Assembly: GCA_963749915.1 (NCBI GenBank)
Contig: CAVVOP010000008.1
Coordinates: 576,001 to 640,000 of the forward strand
Direction: 5' to 3'
Length of the DNA: 64,000 nt
From: an uncultured cyanobacterium
GTDB taxonomy: Bacteria > Cyanobacteriota > Cyanobacteriia > Cyanobacteriales > Cyanobacteriaceae
The notes beneath the pieces are model-generated. The model saw only the letters and a program-made list of their open reading frames with translations. It was not told the origin of the DNA and did no database searches. The position numbers and the translations under genes are program-made. Within the stretch, counting starts at the first letter, position 1, and every line of letters begins with the position of its first letter. Positions 10,727-21,402 of this stretch are shown here, piece by piece.

Positions 10727-11701
10727 TTGGTTGTTAATTATTCATTTTTAATTGTCTGGTTTGCCTCTATTTTAGATTATTTTCTCGGTGATCCTTGGGG
10801 TTGGATTCATCCTGTACAATTAATGGGATGGGTTATTGATCGTCATGCTAATTTTATCGTCAAGAATACTGATCATAAATTGGGGAGAAAAATTGCTGGA
10901 GTTCTTCTCGCCATCGGTTTAATTATTAGTAGTGGTACAGTGACATGGTTATTAATAGATGTTGCCACCAAGATTAATAATTATTTCGGTATCGTTATTC
11001 AAGTTATTTTATTAGCCAGTTGTTTCGCCGGAAAAAGTTTGTGTCGTGCGGCGGAAGATGTTTTACAATATCTGGGACAAGATGATTTATCACAGGCTCG
11101 TTATCGTCTTAGTTTTTATGTCGGTAGAGACACTGATAATTTATCCACTGATGAGGTTTTTCGAGCTATTTTGGAAACCGTGGCCGAAAATACTACTGAT
11201 GGAGTCACAGCTCCCTTATTTTATGCTTTATTGGGGGGTTTTGTTCCTGTCATTGGTTGTGTTCCTTTGGCGATGGCTTATAAAGCCTTAAGTACATTAG
11301 ATTCCATGATCGGGTATAAAAAAGAACCATTGATAGATATAGGCTGGTTTAGTGCTAGATTGGAAGACTATTTAACATGGTTACCTTGTCGTTTAACTGT
11401 CTTAACCCTTGCCATCATTTCTGGTGACGTGAAAAATAATATTACTGAATGCAAACAATACGCAATCAAAGATCCTAGTCCAAATTCAGGATGGAGTGAG
11501 GGAATTTACGCTGTGATTTTAGGGGTACAATTGGGAGGCGAAAATACTTATAAAGGAGAGAAAAAATTCAAACCTCTATTAGGTAAACCCCTTAATAAAA
11601 TCGATGAAAATATTATCCAAAAAGCATTATTATTAACTAGATATTGTTTCTTATTGTGGCTTTTTATGGCTACTTTAATATCTATGTTCGTTATCATCTA
11701 A
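10727..11701 (+). CDS. cbiB: Adenosylcobinamide-phosphate synthase CbiB/CobD
   Basis: GDP..HPV, VGRDT, ETVAENTTDG, TLDSMIGY and SPNSG motifs. TTG start uncertain. Confidence 0.9.
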   Translation: MVVNYSFLIVWFASILDYFLGDPWGWIHPVQLMGWVIDRHANFIVKNTDHKLGRKIAGVLLAIGLIISSGTVTWLLIDVATKINNYFGIVIQVILLASCFAGKSLCRAAEDVLQYLGQDDLSQARYRLSFYVGRDTDNLSTDEVFRAILETVAENTTDGVTAPLFYALLGGFVPVIGCVPLAMAYKALSTLDSMIGYKKEPLIDIGWFSARLEDYLTWLPCRLTVLTLAIISGDVKNNITECKQYAIKDPSPNSGWSEGIYAVILGVQLGGENTYKGEKKFKPLLGKPLNKIDENIIQKALLLTRYCFLLWLFMATLISMFVII

Positions 11702-11813
11702 AGTTTTTAAAAAAAATATCATATTAAAAATTATCAAAATTTGCTCTACAATAAAAAGTTAACATTTAAATATATTAAATATAGTTTTTTCAACCAAAAA
11801 TAATTTTTGAAAT

Positions 11814-12596
11814 ATGGAAATTTTTTTAATCTTTAATACCATCATAATGTCTCTATTCTCTCCCGTTGGATTTTTCCTTAATAATTCTTTAACCAACGTG
11901 GTTCACAATAAATCGGGGGAAGTTGGGAATGTCAAGGTAAGAATTAATAGTATTCCTACCCATCAACTGATTAAAGGGGAAGCGGATTCTATCCAAATTA
12001 GCTTAAAACAGTGGCAACCACAGCCAAATATTCGAGTAGAATTGTTAGAGCTAGAGACGGATTCCGTTAAGTTAAATTTGCCGAAAATTAGACAAATAAA
12101 GCGAGATAATTGGCAAGAGGCCTTAAAAGCGCCCCTTAACATGGGTTATCGCATTATTTTAACGGAAAATGACCTTAATAACTTGATTAAATCTCCACAG
12201 GCAGAATCCATTATTTCTGAATTTGGTGGGAATTCTCAAAAGTCACAGTTTAAAATCATCGCCTTAGCTTTAAATTTATTGCCTAATAATCGTATTGTCA
12301 TTGACACTAAATTAAAATTACCGATTCGGGGGGAAGAATTATTAAATGTTAACCTAGAATTTAGTTTACAGTTAATGAGAGGTCATATACTGAGAATTAC
12401 TGATATTCAAGGAACATTAAATAATAGACAACTATCATCTAAACTACTACAAGGGTTTACTGATAGGATAAATACTCAGTTAAATCTGCAAAATTTAGAA
12501 AAATTTGGTCTTACCATGAGACTTTTGCAATTAAATATCAATGAAGGTAATTTAGAAATAGTTGGTTTTCTTCATCTTCAACCAAAATCACCCTAA
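11814..12596 (+). CDS. DUF2993/LmeA-like protein
   Basis: N-terminal hydrophobic segment, LIKGEADSI, and LTENDLNN..SP motif typical of the cyanobacterial family. Confidence 0.7.
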   Translation: MEIFLIFNTIIMSLFSPVGFFLNNSLTNVVHNKSGEVGNVKVRINSIPTHQLIKGEADSIQISLKQWQPQPNIRVELLELETDSVKLNLPKIRQIKRDNWQEALKAPLNMGYRIILTENDLNNLIKSPQAESIISEFGGNSQKSQFKIIALALNLLPNNRIVIDTKLKLPIRGEELLNVNLEFSLQLMRGHILRITDIQGTLNNRQLSSKLLQGFTDRINTQLNLQNLEKFGLTMRLLQLNINEGNLEIVGFLHLQPKSP

Positions 12597-12700
12597 GTAA
12601 TAAAAGTTCGGAGTTTTGTTGAAGTTAATAGCATTAACTCGTTGGGATTTCGAATTAATTAAGACTAAATATAAAAAATATAAAATAAAAAGTAATAATT

Positions 12701-13303
12701 ATGGCAGAAAATCAAAAACAAAATCCTTTTTTATCCACTAAAGCGATCGCCGCTTTAGCGACAACAGTGATAGCCGTCGGCACGACCACAGCTTGGTATT
12801 CTTACAGTAAATTAGCCGTTAAAAACCCTGTTGATAGTCCTCCCACCAACGTACAAACAAATCAAAATCCTACTAAGCAACAGATCGAAATTTATGGCAT
12901 TAATGATAAATTAGAAATTACCGCTAGTGTTATTGAAATTAAAAAAGGACAAGATGAGCAACAATCTTTAACTGTCGCATTTAATCAATTATTAACAGGT
13001 TTAAATAGTAATAATGTCACCACGGCTATTCCCGAAAATACGAAGTTAAGGAATTTAACTGTCAAAGATGACGGCATTCACATCGACTTATCTTCCGAGT
13101 TTACCACTGGTGGCGGTAGTGCTTCGATGATTAGTCGTTTAGGACAAGTCATTTATACTGCTAGTAGTGTTAATCCTTCTGCCAATATTTGGATTAGTGT
13201 TGAGGGTAAACCTTTAGAAATTTTAGGGGGGGAAGGGTTAATGGTAGAACAACCCATGACCAGAGATCTATTTATAGAGTCTTTTTCTGCCAGTAATGAG
13301 TAG
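12701..13303 (+). CDS. GerMN domain-containing membrane-anchored protein
   Basis: N-terminal TM, TAIP..T.L, IDLSSEFTTGGGSASM..RLGQVIYTA. Confidence 0.85.
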   Translation: MAENQKQNPFLSTKAIAALATTVIAVGTTTAWYSYSKLAVKNPVDSPPTNVQTNQNPTKQQIEIYGINDKLEITASVIEIKKGQDEQQSLTVAFNQLLTGLNSNNVTTAIPENTKLRNLTVKDDGIHIDLSSEFTTGGGSASMISRLGQVIYTASSVNPSANIWISVEGKPLEILGGEGLMVEQPMTRDLFIESFSASNE

Positions 13304-13338
13304 GGTTGTTTTCTGCCGCCGTTTCTAGTTGTCTTCTA

Positions 13339-13442
13339 CCTGGAAATAAATTTCAAAGCTAATAGTAAGAATCCACTTTAATGGACTAATTTTTGTCATT
13401 TTTAGATAACTTTTGTTATCAAGGAAGAAATTTATTTCTTGG
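13339..13442. repeat. REP/MITE-like element with nested inverted repeats
   Basis: Ends cctggaaataaatttc / gaaatttatttcttgg are near-perfect inverted repeats. Inner hairpins tccactttaatgga and gataacttttgttatc. Confidence 0.55.
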
Positions 13443-13521
13443 TGTTTATCAGAATCAATAAATCTAACAATACATCTAGAAAAAGGTTAAAGTTCTTTTT
13501 GAAAAATATAAGCAAAAGATA

Positions 13522-14670
13522 ATGATTATAAAAAAGTTTAAATTTATTGGTGTTATATTATCTTGTTTATTATTTGTTTTTGGCTTTTATAATTTGGCAA
13601 TTTTAGCTGACGAGCGAGTTTTTTCAGAATTAAATTTACAGTTTTTAGATGAATATGAGTTAACAGAAACTAACTATCAAAATACGGTAATAGGCGGGTT
13701 TTCTGGCATAACTTATAATCCTCAAAAGGATCTTTTTTATGTCATTTCTGATGATCGAGCAAATTTATCCCCTGCCCGTTTTTATACCTTAAAAGTGCAT
13801 ATAGATAATAATAAAATTAACGGTATTAGTATCGAAAATATTACCTTTTTAAAAGATCAACAAGGAGAAAATTATTCCCCCAATGTTACCGATACAGAAG
13901 CCATTGCATTTAGTCCGAGGAATACCTTCTTTATTGCTAGTGAGGGGGTTTATAAAACAAATTTTCCTCCTTTTATTAATGAATATAACCTTGATGGTAA
14001 ATTTATAAATTCTGTCACAATACCAGAAAAATATATACCAGAAGAAGGAGAAAAAAAAGGTGTAGAAAATAATCTCGGTTTTGAATCTTTAACCATCAAA
14101 GCTAATGGCATAATGCCCCAAGATCCCTTTAGATTATTTACCGTCACGGAGTCGGCATTATTGCCGGATGTGGATCTCAATAACCCCGAAACTATTTTAA
14201 GATCAAGGTTAATGCACTACGTAATTAATCCCTTTGGAGATCCTGTATTAGTAGGCGAATATCTGTACATCATTGATAATCAGGAGTTAGGGGTATTATA
14301 CAATGGAGTGTCTGATTTATTAGCATTACCCCAAGAAGGTTATTTATTAAGTTTAGAAAGGACTTTTGGCTTAAGGGGATATGGGGCAAAAATTTTTCAA
14401 TTAGTTATGGCTAATGCAACTGATATTTCTAGTCAAAAAACTTTAGCAGGAAATATTGATAACATTACGCCAATTAGCAAAAAATTGGTTTTAGATTTAC
14501 AAAAATTAGGCATCACATTGGACAATTTAGAGGGCATGACTTTTGGTCCCCATTTAGCCGATGGTAGTCAAAGTTTAATCATAGTTAGTGATAATAATTT
14601 TGCGGAAGAAGGAAAACAAAAAAATCAATTTTTACTATTCAAATTATATAAACATAATAATTCAACTTAG
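13522..14670 (+). CDS. Esterase-like activity of phytase family protein (secreted beta-propeller)
   Basis: Signal peptide, GGFSGITY, ISDDR, NLGFESL, LDNLEG and VSDNNF motifs. Confidence 0.85.
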   Translation: MIIKKFKFIGVILSCLLFVFGFYNLAILADERVFSELNLQFLDEYELTETNYQNTVIGGFSGITYNPQKDLFYVISDDRANLSPARFYTLKVHIDNNKINGISIENITFLKDQQGENYSPNVTDTEAIAFSPRNTFFIASEGVYKTNFPPFINEYNLDGKFINSVTIPEKYIPEEGEKKGVENNLGFESLTIKANGIMPQDPFRLFTVTESALLPDVDLNNPETILRSRLMHYVINPFGDPVLVGEYLYIIDNQELGVLYNGVSDLLALPQEGYLLSLERTFGLRGYGAKIFQLVMANATDISSQKTLAGNIDNITPISKKLVLDLQKLGITLDNLEGMTFGPHLADGSQSLIIVSDNNFAEEGKQKNQFLLFKLYKHNNST

Positions 14671-14783
14671 TAACATAAAAGTACAAATAATGTTATGTTT
14701 CTTCAAGTTAACATCTTCAATCCCCTGTTATATCTTATCTTTAAGAGTATTGTCGCCCCCACAGGCTAATAGTTTACGGATGA

Positions 14784-15677
14784 TTATGACTCTCTCCAGA
14801 TTATTAGTTGAATCGAGACGAGGATGAGGGCTATTATTAGTAGAATACTTGTACTAGCGGCGGCATAACCGAAGTTAAATTGCCCGAAGGCTTCTTCGTA
14901 TATATAGTAGGAGATCAGATTCGTTGAGTTAGAAGGGCCTCCATTGGTTATGATATATACCTGTTCAAAAGAACGAAAGGTAAAAATAGCGGTGGTAATG
15001 GTAGCAAATATCAAGGTAGGTTTTAATCCGGGAAGGGTTATATACCAAAGTTTCGCCCAAAAGTTTGCACCGTCCAATTCGGCAGCTTCATAGCGAGATT
15101 GAGGAATGGCTTGTAATCCCGCTAAAAATACGACCAAGTTAAATCCTATTTGTCTCCATGTGCTGAAGATGATAATAACAGGCATCGCCCAAATGGTACT
15201 ATTGAGCCAAGGTATAGCGTTGATATTTAGTTGTAACAATAGTTGGTTTATGGGTCCGTCATTTTGGAATAACCATCGAAATCCTAGGCCCATGGCGACT
15301 AAAGATGTGATGCTAGGAAGAAAGTAGGCTGTGCGAAAAAATCCTCTGCCAATTATTTTTTGATTTAATAAGATGCTTAAGCTTAAAGGAATTATAATAC
15401 TGGGAATGATTGTGGCGATGGCAAAATAGATGGTATTAAAAATTATTTGTTTAAAATCAGGATCTATCAGTAACCTTTTGTAGTTAGCGAATCCAATCCA
15501 TTCACTGCTGATCAAACTCCCATTGGTGAAACTGAGATAGATAAGGGAAAGAATAGGGACAAATAAAAAGATGGTTAATAGTATTAATGCTGGTGCTAAA
15601 AATAACCAGGGAATGATACTTTGTTTATTTAGTTCCTGAATAGGGCTTATTTTTTTCAACGGTAGACTTTGAGACAT
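14784..15677 (-). CDS. Carbohydrate ABC transporter permease
   Basis: Six TM helices and EAA motif (YEAAELDGA). Confidence 0.9.
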   Translation of the reverse strand: MSQSLPLKKISPIQELNKQSIIPWLFLAPALILLTIFLFVPILSLIYLSFTNGSLISSEWIGFANYKRLLIDPDFKQIIFNTIYFAIATIIPSIIIPLSLSILLNQKIIGRGFFRTAYFLPSITSLVAMGLGFRWLFQNDGPINQLLLQLNINAIPWLNSTIWAMPVIIIFSTWRQIGFNLVVFLAGLQAIPQSRYEAAELDGANFWAKLWYITLPGLKPTLIFATITTAIFTFRSFEQVYIITNGGPSNSTNLISYYIYEEAFGQFNFGYAAASTSILLIIALILVSIQLIIWRES

Positions 15678-15688
15678 TTCTCCAAAAA

Positions 15689-15740
15689 GTTAATTGTTAA
15701 TTGTTAATTGTTAATTGTTAATTGTTAATTGTTAATTGTT
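15689..15740. repeat. Heptamer tandem repeat (GTTAATT)x7, STRR-like
   Basis: Visible directly between the tldD stop and the permease start. Confidence 0.95.
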
Positions 15741-15742
15741 GA

Positions 15743-17212
15743 TTATCTGCCGCCAACGGTTATAGAATCTACCTTGATATGAGGTTGGCCTACTGTTACA
15801 TAAACACTTCCACTAACTGAGCCACAAAAACCAGCCGCCAATCCCAAATCGTGGGATGACATGGATATTTTCGTCATGATTTCTTTGGCTGTGCCGATGA
15901 GGGTTGCACCTTTTAAGGGTCTAGTTATTTCACCGTTTTCTACGAGATAGGCTTCATCAACCCCAAAGTTAAACTCTCCTGTAGGTCCAACGCTTCCACC
16001 GCCCATTTTTTTACAGTAGATCCCTTTATCCACGGAGGCGAACACGTCATCTAGGCTATATTTACCCCCTGCAATGTAAGTATTACGCATACGAGAAGCG
16101 GCAGCAAAACTATAGCTTTGTCTTCTGCCACTTCCCGTGCGAGGATGCCCTGTACGCATAGATCCGGCCCTATCTGCTAAAAAGTTCTTTAAGATGCCAT
16201 TCTCGATTAAAAGAGTCCGTTGTGGGGGCATTCCTTCATCATCCATATCAATACTGCCAAAGGCATTTTTTGATAAGCCTTCATCCCATGCCGTCAGATT
16301 TTCATGGGCTATTTTTTCGCCTTTTTTATCGATAAATGGAGTACTTTTTCTTTCTATTTGGGTGGTTTCCAGTAAGTGTCCACAGGCTTCATGGAAGATG
16401 ACACCCCCGAATTGATTAGCCATGATCACAGGATATTGCCCTGATTCTACATAATCGGCATACAACATTTTTCCGGCAGATTCTGCCACTTCTTCGGCCA
16501 CGGTATCATAATTCCAGTGACGTAAAAAGTCGGGATTGCTGGTGTCACCGTCTCGTTTACCAATAGATGATCTATTTTCTCCATCTGCACATAAAAGGTT
16601 ATAACCAACGGATTGAGTTAAGCGAATGTCACGGGCAAAAATACCATCACTGGAGGCGACTAAAACTTCTTGCCAGTCGCGAAAATAGCTAGCACGTCGA
16701 GATTGTACATGACTGGCTTTTTGATTGAGTTTATGGTTAGCAGACAGTAAGATATCTCCCATTTCCTGCATATTACTACAGTTACTTAACCAACTATCTT
16801 TATTTTTGGCGATTCCATAATCTCGGAACATTTCGAGGTTGATTTCGGGGATAAATGAGCTTCCCTGAGGCAAAATTAGGCCTAAGATTGATAATGCTTT
16901 CTCTAGGGCTTGTTTTAATCCTGAAAACGTTAGATTATTGGTACTAACGTAACAATCTGTCTTCCCTCGAAAAACTCTTACTCCTGCACCGGTAGAAAGT
17001 CTGGGGGTGATACTCGTGATAATTTCATCTTCGGCCGAACAACTGATATAGTTGGCCTTTTCAAGAAAAAATTCAACAAAGTCCGCACCTGCCGCCCTTC
17101 CCATGCCTAATAAGGTGGATAGAGGTTTTTCCCATGTTAGGTCAAAGCGATCATTACTAGGATGATAGGATAAATTTGGTATTTCACGAGAAATTAATAA
17201 AGTTGGTGACAT
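15743..17212 (-). CDS. tldD: TldD/PmbA family metalloprotease, TldD subunit
   Basis: HEACGHLLE metal motif, DDEG, RMRNTYI and the C-terminal Cys in GFCGS. Confidence 0.9.
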   Translation of the reverse strand: MSPTLLISREIPNLSYHPSNDRFDLTWEKPLSTLLGMGRAAGADFVEFFLEKANYISCSAEDEIITSITPRLSTGAGVRVFRGKTDCYVSTNNLTFSGLKQALEKALSILGLILPQGSSFIPEINLEMFRDYGIAKNKDSWLSNCSNMQEMGDILLSANHKLNQKASHVQSRRASYFRDWQEVLVASSDGIFARDIRLTQSVGYNLLCADGENRSSIGKRDGDTSNPDFLRHWNYDTVAEEVAESAGKMLYADYVESGQYPVIMANQFGGVIFHEACGHLLETTQIERKSTPFIDKKGEKIAHENLTAWDEGLSKNAFGSIDMDDEGMPPQRTLLIENGILKNFLADRAGSMRTGHPRTGSGRRQSYSFAAASRMRNTYIAGGKYSLDDVFASVDKGIYCKKMGGGSVGPTGEFNFGVDEAYLVENGEITRPLKGATLIGTAKEIMTKISMSSHDLGLAAGFCGSVSGSVYVTVGQPHIKVDSITVGGR

Positions 17213-17583
17213 AAATTATATTCTTTTTCTACGGCTAGTTATATATTCTACTATGGTAGTCTGATTCGGTTGATAGTTGCTGAGGGTTATAATTCATTCG
17301 TCTTCACTATGCACAATATCTAAGTCAAAATCATCATTTTAAACTGGATTTTATTACAGGTGCTTCCGTAATCAGTTAAAAATGGCGGTGGAGGAATTTA
17401 ATTTAAAACTAAAAAGTAGGTAAAAAATTGACAATTGACAATGGATAATTGTTGTTTCTGTCATTATTAGCGAGAAAATTATCTTCTTTACTAAAAATAC
17501 TCCATAGTTTTTTATTTCTAGCATTGAATGTATTTTATATACTGTGATTATTAGTTTCTTATTATTTCTTGTTAATTATTTAT

Positions 17584-20500
17584 ATGGTTTATATTAAGTG
17601 CATTGAATTGTCTCGTTTTAAGTCTTTTGGCGGTAATAATTCTATCCCCTTTTTACCAGGATTTACAGTTGTTTCTGGTCCTAATGGTTCAGGAAAATCA
17701 AATATTTTGGATGCTTTATTATTTTGTCTTGGTTTGGCTAGTTCTAAAGGAATGAGAGCAGAAAGATTACCAGATTTGATTAATAATAATCAAAAAAGCA
17801 ATACTAAGGCTTTAGAGACTATTGTTTCTGTTACTTTTGATTTAGGAAATTTAGGTAGCTTAAATAATAATTTATTAGAGGAAAACAATAATAGTAATAA
17901 TAAAGAAAATAAGTCAGAAAATAAATTTAGTTTAGAGTCATTGTCAGAGTTGAAAATTACTCGGCGTTTACGGGTCACAAAAGGGGGAAGTTATGCCTCA
18001 ACTTTTTATCTCAATGACAATCCTTGTACAGCCAGTGACTTACACGAGCAATTGAACCGTTTACGTATTTATCCCGAAGGTTACAATGTGGTTTTACAAG
18101 GTGATGTTACCCGTATTATCACCATGAATACCAAAGAAAGACGAGAAATTATTGATGAATTAGCTGGTGTTGCAGAATTTGATCGCAAAATTGAGCAAAC
18201 GAAGACGACTTTGGAGGCTGTTAAAGAAAGGGAAGAAAAATGTCACATTATTCAAGATGAGTTAATTGAAAATAGTGCTAAGTTAAAACAAGATTCAGAA
18301 AAAGCAGCTAAATATCAAAAATTAAAGGCACAAATTAACGAACAAAAACAGTGGGAAATAGTTATTAATTGGCAATTTTTACAGGAACAAAAAAAAGAGA
18401 TAAAAAAAGAGTTAATAGAGTTAGAAAATCAACAGAATAACAAGAGAAAAAATTTAGCAAAAATCGAGATAAAAATTATCACAGCTCAAGAAAGTTTAGT
18501 TAAATTCAATGAAGAAGTAAAAGCCTTAGGAGAAGAAGAACAAATTAAAGTTGCTTCAAGGTTAGCTAGTGATAAAGCAAAAAGGGAACAACTTTTAAAA
18601 CGAGAACAAGAACTGAGTAACTTAGATAAAGATTTACTATCCAAACAGGAAGAAATTGAGCAAAAAATGGCTAGTTATCAAAGACAGTTGGCCACTTTAT
18701 CGACAGAAATTTATCAAATCGAACATAACTTTATTCCCCAATTGGAAAAGGAAAAAACTGTCACTAAAAATGAGTTAGATGGTTATAAAAAAGAGGCTCA
18801 ACAAATCGCATCTAAATCTCAGGCATGGGTAGAAAAACAGACAGCATTAAACAAAAAAATTACTGCTATTCAACAAGAATTGAATCCACAATTAACTCAA
18901 CAGGCTTTATGGAAGGAAAGATACAGTAAGTTACAGTCAACTATTAAAAACGAAAATGGACAATTACAAAAGTTTGAACAAGATATTAAGACAAAAACTG
19001 GCGAATTACCGACTTTGAAACAAGAAATAGCCGAATCAGACACCAAAATTCAAGATTTAGCCGAAAAATTGGCAGAAATTGAGGCAGATATTTCCTTAAA
19101 TCAAGATACCGTTAATCGGTTACAGTTAGAACAGCGACATAAACAAAGACAGTTAGATAAGTTAGATGCTACAAGACAGGCACAACAAGAATTACAGGGA
19201 ACTTATGCCAGTAAAATTATCTTGAATTCTGACTTGCCTGGGGTGTGCGGATTGGTGGCACAGTTGGGAGAGGTGGATTCTGTTTATCAATTAGCATTAG
19301 AAATTTCAGCGGGGAGTCGTTTAGGATTTATCGTGGTGGAAGATGACACCATTGGGGCGATGGGTATTAAAATTCTCAAACAACAAAAGGCGGGAAGGGC
19401 AACTTTTTTACCGTTAAATAAGATACAATCCCCCCGTTTATATATTCCCAGAGAGATTTCTCAAGCAAGAGGTTTTATTGATTTAGCGGTGAATTTAGTT
19501 AAGTTTGAGCCTCAATATCAATCAGTTTTTGCTTATGTTTTCGGCAATACCGCCATTTTTGAAGACTTGGACTCCGCACGACGTTTGATGGGACAAGGAC
19601 GTATTGTTACTTTAGAGGGGGAATTGTTAGAAGCTAGTGGAGCTATGACTGGAGGTAGTATTTCTCAACGATCGAGCTTAAAATTTGGCACAGTATCATC
19701 GACGGAAAATAAGGAGTTTCTGGAGTTAAGTGGTCGCATTCGGGAAATTGAAGATATAATTATCCACCTTAGCCTGAAAATATCAGAAAAGAGGGACTTA
19801 GTCAAGGACTGGTCAGAAGCATTAAATCAAGAAAGACAAAAAAGACAGAAAAAACAATTACTTTTAGAACAATGTCAACAGGAAATGAGTCGTTTAGAAC
19901 AAGATAAGGAAAAAATTATTGTTACTAATGCTAATAACTATCGAGAGTTAGTTAAAGGAAAACAAGAGTTAAATAATCTTGAACAAAATTTACCTCTATT
20001 ACAGAATTTACTTACTGCAAAACAAGCAGAATTAAAAGAGTTAGAATCTAGTTATGATAATCAGGAATGGCAAAATTTACAACAGATTGTTAGTCAATGG
20101 GAGTTGTTATTAGAAGATAAACAATTAGCATTGAATAAACGTCAACAAGAGTTGCAAAGATTCGTGAGTAATTATCAGGATTTAGAGGAAAAAATTAGGG
20201 AAGGACAAGAAAATATAGTATCTTTATCTGGTCAACAAAATCAACTTACTCAAGAAAAAATTACTGGGCAAGAAGAGTTAATTTTAATGGAAGCAGAAAT
20301 TAAAAACTATGAAAATCTTTTCCAAGAATTAGCTAAAAAACTAGAGGAGATTAAACAAAGAAGAAATCAACAAGAAAGTCTCGTTAAACAATTAGAAAAT
20401 GAACGGCAACAATTCAAGTGGTCATTAGAAAAACTAGTTTTACAACATCAAGAATCCCAAACAAAACTCGATGAATTAACCTTACATATAGAAGAAGTTA

Positions 20501-21246
20501 GCCAGGAATTACCCAATCCTTTACCTGAGGTTCCTTGGTTAGTTAATAATAGTGAAACAGGAGAAATTAATCATAAAATTACCTTTGATAGTTTGCGGGA
20601 ACGACTGGAACAAATTAAGCAAGAAATTCGTAAAGGAGAAAAAAAAATGGAAGCTTTAGAACCTGTTAATATGTTAGCTTTAGAACAATATGAAAAAAAT
20701 CAGGAAAGATTAGAGGAATTATCACAAAAGCTGACAACTTTAGAAGGTGAAAGGACAGAATTATTATTAAGGGTTGAAAATTTTACTACCTTGAGACTAA
20801 GGTCTTTTAAAGAGGCTTTTAATGCCGTAAATGAGAACTTTAAAACTATTTTTGCAACTCTTTCTGAGGGTGATGGTTACTTAAAATTAGAAGACGAAAA
20901 TAACCCCTTTAATGGTGGCTTAACTCTTGTTGCTCATCCCAAAGGAAAACCAGTGCAAAGATTGAGTTCTATGTCAGGAGGAGAAAAATCTTTAACAGCT
21001 TTAAGTTTTATTTTTGCTTTACAAAGATACCGTCCTTCACCTTTTTATGCCTTCGATGAAGTTGATATGTTTTTAGATGGGGCAAATGTGGAAAAACTGT
21101 CAAAAATGATTCGTCAACAAGCTCAATCTGCTCAATTTATTGTGGTAAGTTTGAGAAGACCAATGATTGAGGCTTCACAGCGTACAATTGGGGTAACTCA
21201 AGCCAAAGGTGCTTATACTCAAGTATTGGGTATTAAATTGAGTTAA
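17584..21246 (+). CDS. smc: Chromosome segregation protein SMC
   Basis: GPNGSGKSN Walker A, coiled coils, hinge (GRATFLPL), MSGGEKS and FDEVD. Confidence 0.97.
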   Translation: MVYIKCIELSRFKSFGGNNSIPFLPGFTVVSGPNGSGKSNILDALLFCLGLASSKGMRAERLPDLINNNQKSNTKALETIVSVTFDLGNLGSLNNNLLEENNNSNNKENKSENKFSLESLSELKITRRLRVTKGGSYASTFYLNDNPCTASDLHEQLNRLRIYPEGYNVVLQGDVTRIITMNTKERREIIDELAGVAEFDRKIEQTKTTLEAVKEREEKCHIIQDELIENSAKLKQDSEKAAKYQKLKAQINEQKQWEIVINWQFLQEQKKEIKKELIELENQQNNKRKNLAKIEIKIITAQESLVKFNEEVKALGEEEQIKVASRLASDKAKREQLLKREQELSNLDKDLLSKQEEIEQKMASYQRQLATLSTEIYQIEHNFIPQLEKEKTVTKNELDGYKKEAQQIASKSQAWVEKQTALNKKITAIQQELNPQLTQQALWKERYSKLQSTIKNENGQLQKFEQDIKTKTGELPTLKQEIAESDTKIQDLAEKLAEIEADISLNQDTVNRLQLEQRHKQRQLDKLDATRQAQQELQGTYASKIILNSDLPGVCGLVAQLGEVDSVYQLALEISAGSRLGFIVVEDDTIGAMGIKILKQQKAGRATFLPLNKIQSPRLYIPREISQARGFIDLAVNLVKFEPQYQSVFAYVFGNTAIFEDLDSARRLMGQGRIVTLEGELLEASGAMTGGSISQRSSLKFGTVSSTENKEFLELSGRIREIEDIIIHLSLKISEKRDLVKDWSEALNQERQKRQKKQLLLEQCQQEMSRLEQDKEKIIVTNANNYRELVKGKQELNNLEQNLPLLQNLLTAKQAELKELESSYDNQEWQNLQQIVSQWELLLEDKQLALNKRQQELQRFVSNYQDLEEKIREGQENIVSLSGQQNQLTQEKITGQEELILMEAEIKNYENLFQELAKKLEEIKQRRNQQESLVKQLENERQQFKWSLEKLVLQHQESQTKLDELTLHIEEVSQELPNPLPEVPWLVNNSETGEINHKITFDSLRERLEQIKQEIRKGEKKMEALEPVNMLALEQYEKNQERLEELSQKLTTLEGERTELLLRVENFTTLRLRSFKEAFNAVNENFKTIFATLSEGDGYLKLEDENNPFNGGLTLVAHPKGKPVQRLSSMSGGEKSLTALSFIFALQRYRPSPFYAFDEVDMFLDGANVEKLSKMIRQQAQSAQFIVVSLRRPMIEASQRTIGVTQAKGAYTQVLGIKLS

Positions 21247-21402
21247 CAATTGACAATTAAGAATAAACCCCTGACAATGATTCAAATAAGATATTTTAAC
21301 ATTGGCTTAATAAGAATTAATCTCTTCTCTATGTTTATTCGCTATTCTCTTTCCTCACAAATAAAATTAGATGCATAACAGCTTATTTATGACTTAAAAT
21401 TT

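Noticed and set aside
15743..17212. tldD as part of a RiPP/microcin cluster
   Set aside because: No precursor peptide, YcaO or other maturation genes are nearby. It looks like the housekeeping TldD.
8280..21246. scpB plus smc as a Wadjet/MksBEF-type defence system
   Set aside because: SMC is the canonical hinge-containing housekeeping protein, the genes are 9 kb apart, and no JetD/MksG nuclease is present.
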